This document shows, piece after piece, positions 61,580-64,000 of a DNA stretch of 64,000 bases. Below the pieces are notes generated by a model, which searched no databases, was not told where the DNA came from, and was given only the letters and a program-made list of their open reading frames with translations. The stretch comes from Acidobacteriota bacterium (GTDB lineage: Bacteria; Acidobacteriota; Vicinamibacteria; Fen-336). The stretch covers positions 5,553 through 69,552 of the forward strand of contig WYBL01000071.1 of assembly GCA_011526565.1 (NCBI GenBank). Reading direction: 5' to 3'. The translations under genes were made by a program, and so were the position numbers. Positions within the stretch are counted from its first letter, which is position 1. Each line of letters starts with the position of its first letter.

Positions 61580-64000
61580 CGCGTGCTTCCCGCGGCCGCC
61601 TTCAGGCGCTGTCGGATCTCGTCGGCCCAGCCCAGCACGAGCACCAGCGGGGGCTCCTCCGTCGCCTTCTGGACGCCGACGACGAAGCGCCGGCCGTCGG
61701 GCGCGACGTCGTACTTGCGATTGGCCGACTCGTCCACCCGCTTCTTGAAGAGCAGCGTCGGGGCGCCGGCCGAGAAGCTCGATCCGAGCGCGGTCGCCAC
61801 CACGTGGAGCCGGCCGCCCGGAGCCATGAAGTAGAGCTCGCGACCGTCCGCGCGCCAGTGGGGGTCGTTGGCCCCGGTCGTCGAGACCTTCCACGGCGAG
61901 CCGGTCCCGTCGAAGCGGCGGACGTAGACTTCTTCCCGCCCGGTCTCGTCGCTGACGTACGCCAGCCAGTCTCCGTCCGGGGAGATGGCGGCGCTGTGCT
62001 CGTTCGCGGCTGTGGCCAGCACCGGTTGCGGCTCCGAGCCTGGTGCGCGGTCGACCCGCCAGATGTCGGCGCGAGTGCCGGCTCCGAACACGGTGACGAG
62101 CAGCGCGCGATCCCCCGGCAGCCAGGAGTCCACCTGGACGACGTTCGGGATCTTCAGCCACAGGTGGAGGGTCTCGGGACGGTCGGCCTCCACGAGGTAG
62201 AGGGTCTTCGGCGCCTGGTTCATCAGGACCAGCTCGCGGCCGCTCCGCGTCCACAGGGCCTCCACGATGTCGCTCCCCTGGGTGAGCCGCGTCTCCGTCT
62301 TCCGCCCGGGGTCGATGATCCAGGCTTCCCCCAGGCTGCCGGGGCGGTAGACGGCGACCGCGACGCGTTCACCCCGGGGATCGAGGCGCGGTCCGAAGAT
62401 CCAGAAGCCCCTGTCGTAGACGACGGACTCTTCGACGCCATCGCGATCGAACGAGGCGATGCGGACGGTGGACGTGGAGCCCGTGCTGTAGACGGCATGG
62501 CCGGCGGCCGCTGCCAGCCCGCGATGACCGGAAGTGCCCAGGTTCGAGGGCATCTCGATGTCGAGCGCCACGGGCTGTCCCCGCAGTTCGACGGCGCCCG
62601 GGTCGAAGTGCTGCGCGAGCAGTGCCTTGCCACGCACGAAGAGCAGCAGGTCCGGCGCCAGCACGACCGCCTCGGAGTCCGATTCGGTGAGGCAGCGGTG
62701 TTCCAGCGAGTCGAGCGCGCCGACGCAGAGTTCGCCCGGTTCGACGCCGGTTCCGCGCGACGAGTAGAAGAGGAAGCGACGGCCGTCCGGGAGGAACCGT
62801 GGCAGGCGGTGGGTCCCCTGTTCGCTGCTGGCGTCGAGCCGGGTTGCCGGTTGCGCCTCGCCCCCCGCGGCCGAGACGCGCATCAGGGGGCCCGAGTAGG
62901 TGGGGGCGAAGACGATCGTGTCGTCTGCCCCCCAGCTCGCCCCACGCACGTCCGCGTAGGAAGCCGTCGGGGTCACCGACCGAGCGGCTCCGCTCACCCG
63001 GTCCAGCACCCGCAGCTCGCCACCGGCGAAGAAGCCGAGCCGACGGCCGTCGGGCGCCCAGAACGGGAACCGCGCATCCGCGGTCCCGGCGATCGGGCTC
63101 AGGGTCAGGCTGTCCAGGGGCCGTTGCCACAGGCTGCGGCTGCCGTCCGCCGCCTGGCCGGTGAAGACCAGGGTGCGCCCGTCCGGGGACAGCGCGAGGT
63201 CGCCGAGGAACTGGACCTCGGGACGAGGCGGGATCTCCATCCGCACGGGCCCGCCGAGATCGCTCGTCGGGGACGCGGGCAGCATTCGCCATGCGGCGCC
63301 CACGCCCAGCCCGAGGCCCGCGAGGCCGGCGAGGGCGAGGTGAAGCCACGCGACGCGGGCTCTCGTCCCGGCTCCAGGATCGCGCGGCTCGCGGCCCGCG
63401 CGGCCGGCTCCCGAGACGAGGTCCTCGAGCGCGACCCGCGCGTCCCCCATGTGGTGCAGCCGCCGCCGGGGGTCGCGCTCCAGGCAGCGCACGAGCAGGG
63501 CTTGCACGCCGCCCGCCGCCGCCGGCGGCAGTGCCTGCCAGTCCGGCTCCTTCGTGAGCACCGCCGCCAGCACGTCGCTGACCGTCTCGCCCGCGAAGAG
63601 GCGGCGGCCCGTGACCATCTCGTAGAGCACGACGCCGAAGGCCCAGATGTCGGCGCGCCGGTCGACGGGCTTGCCCCTCGCCTGCTCGGGGGACATGTAC
63701 GCCGCCGTGCCGAGGATCACGCCCGCCTGCGTGCCCGCGGCCGTGGCCAGCGTGGGCGACTGCGACAGGTCGTGGCTGCCGGAGCCGCTCGTCGGGTCGG
63801 GGGCGGCGAAGGCCCTGGCGAGGCCGAAGTCGAGCACCTTGACCTTGCCGTCGCTCGTCACCTTCACGTTGGCGGGCTTGAGGTCGCGGTGGACGATGCC
63901 CTTCTCGTGCGCCTCTTCGAGCGCCTCCGCGATCTGCCTGGCGATCGCGAGCGCCTCGTCGACGGGGATGGCGCCGCGCTTCAGGCGCAGGGCCAGGTCC
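61576..64000 (-). CDS. Ser/Thr kinase - TM - PD40/TolB-like beta-propeller protein (paralogue K4), 5' end outside window
   Basis: The frame is open to the window edge (…[47 protein letters not shown]...). TM: WLHLALAGLAGLGLGVGAAW. PD40 repeats follow. Confidence 0.85.
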   Translation of the reverse strand, partial: DLALRLKRGAIPVDEALAIARQIAEALEEAHEKGIVHRDLKPANVKVTSDGKVKVLDFGLARAFAAPDPTSGSGSHDLSQSPTLATAAGTQAGVILGTAAYMSPEQARGKPVDRRADIWAFGVVLYEMVTGRRLFAGETVSDVLAAVLTKEPDWQALPPAAAGGVQALLVRCLERDPRRRLHHMGDARVALEDLVSGAGRAGREPRDPGAGTRARVAWLHLALAGLAGLGLGVGAAWRMLPASPTSDLGGPVRMEIPPRPEVQFLGDLALSPDGRTLVFTGQAADGSRSLWQRPLDSLTLSPIAGTADARFPFWAPDGRRLGFFAGGELRVLDRVSGAARSVTPTASYADVRGASWGADDTIVFAPTYSGPLMRVSAAGGEAQPATRLDASSEQGTHRLPRFLPDGRRFLFYSSRGTGVEPGELCVGALDSLEHRCLTESDSEAVVLAPDLLLFVRGKALLAQHFDPGAVELRGQPVALDIEMPSNLGTSGHRGLAAAAGHAVYSTGSTSTVRIASFDRDGVEESVVYDRGFWIFGPRLDPRGERVAVAVYRPGSLGEAWIIDPGRKTETRLTQGSDIVEALWTRSGRELVLMNQAPKTLYLVEADRPETLHLWLKIPNVVQVDSWLPGDRALLVTVFGAGTRADIWRVDRAPGSEPQPVLATAANEHSAAISPDGDWLAYVSDETGREEVYVRRFDGTGSPWKVSTTGANDPHWRADGRELYFMAPGGRLHVVATALGSSFSAGAPTLLFKKRVDESANRKYDVAPDGRRFVVGVQKATEEPPLVLVLGWADEIRQRLKAAAGSTR

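Overview
Very GC-rich bacterial chromosomal segment (about 70% G+C by eye, not computed). I recognise about 60 protein-coding genes and no rRNA, tRNA, CRISPR array, transposase or integrase. All family assignments come from motif reading and memory; no searches were run. Four-nucleotide start/stop overlaps (ATGA, GTGA, TTGA) are the usual operon junction and were used to place starts. Layout: (i) 1-8.3 kb is ordinary metabolic and transport genes: M20 peptidase, Na+/solute symporter, alpha/beta hydrolase, SDR, orphan family-5 solute-binding protein, tartrate/isopropylmalate-type dehydrogenase. (ii) 8.3-27.7 kb is an accessory, defence-like region. It holds a DUF4143 ATPase and a membrane-protein/SGNH-hydrolase pair. 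It also holds a roughly 10-kb pile-up of toxin-antitoxin and abortive-infection modules: two vapBC pairs, an AbiE remnant, DUF4160/DUF2442, DUF6883/DUF4926, nucleotidyltransferase-like cassettes and orphan antitoxins. About half of these are visibly broken or recombined. Next comes a decayed nuclease/helicase island: DUF5131 (Gp37/Gp68) coupled to a COG3440-type HNH endonuclease, converging on a roughly 3.2-kb HIT-PLD-SF2 helicase-DUF3427 gene. All three carry frameshifts, deletions or stops. The helicase also carries three copies of a 77-86 nt repeat, one flanked by a 10-bp direct repeat. ORF6N and SprT-like genes lie upstream, and the ORF6N gene contains a 29-bp perfect palindrome. (iii) 27.7-42 kb holds a tight operon of a HAF-like repeat protein, an ankyrin+BRCT protein and a GH9 glycosidase. 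It also holds glgX, a signalling trio (SBP3, PAS histidine kinase, cNMP-GGDEF*-EAL), two c-type cytochromes and a PNPOx / PNPOx-GAF pair. (iv) 42-64 kb holds four paralogous Ser/Thr kinase-PD40 (TolB-like propeller) genes. One is frameshifted, two overlap by ATGA, and two share a conserved upstream element. K4, K3 and K2 of these bracket a nuclease operon made of a Cho-like GIY-YIG protein with a degenerate DnaQ domain plus an Mre11/SbcD-like phosphoesterase. This block also has a PKD-domain protein, a TolC-HlyD-FtsX exporter lacking an ATPase, and a 7TM-PAS histidine kinase. Best candidates for something undescribed: the HIT-PLD-helicase-DUF3427 / DUF5131-HNH / ORF6N-SprT island with its intragenic repeat family; the recombined TA cassettes; the 12.3-13.7 kb three-gene nucleotidyltransferase-like cassette; and the kinase-flanked nuclease operon. 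Caveat: some single frameshifts sit in G/C homopolymer runs and could be assembly errors.
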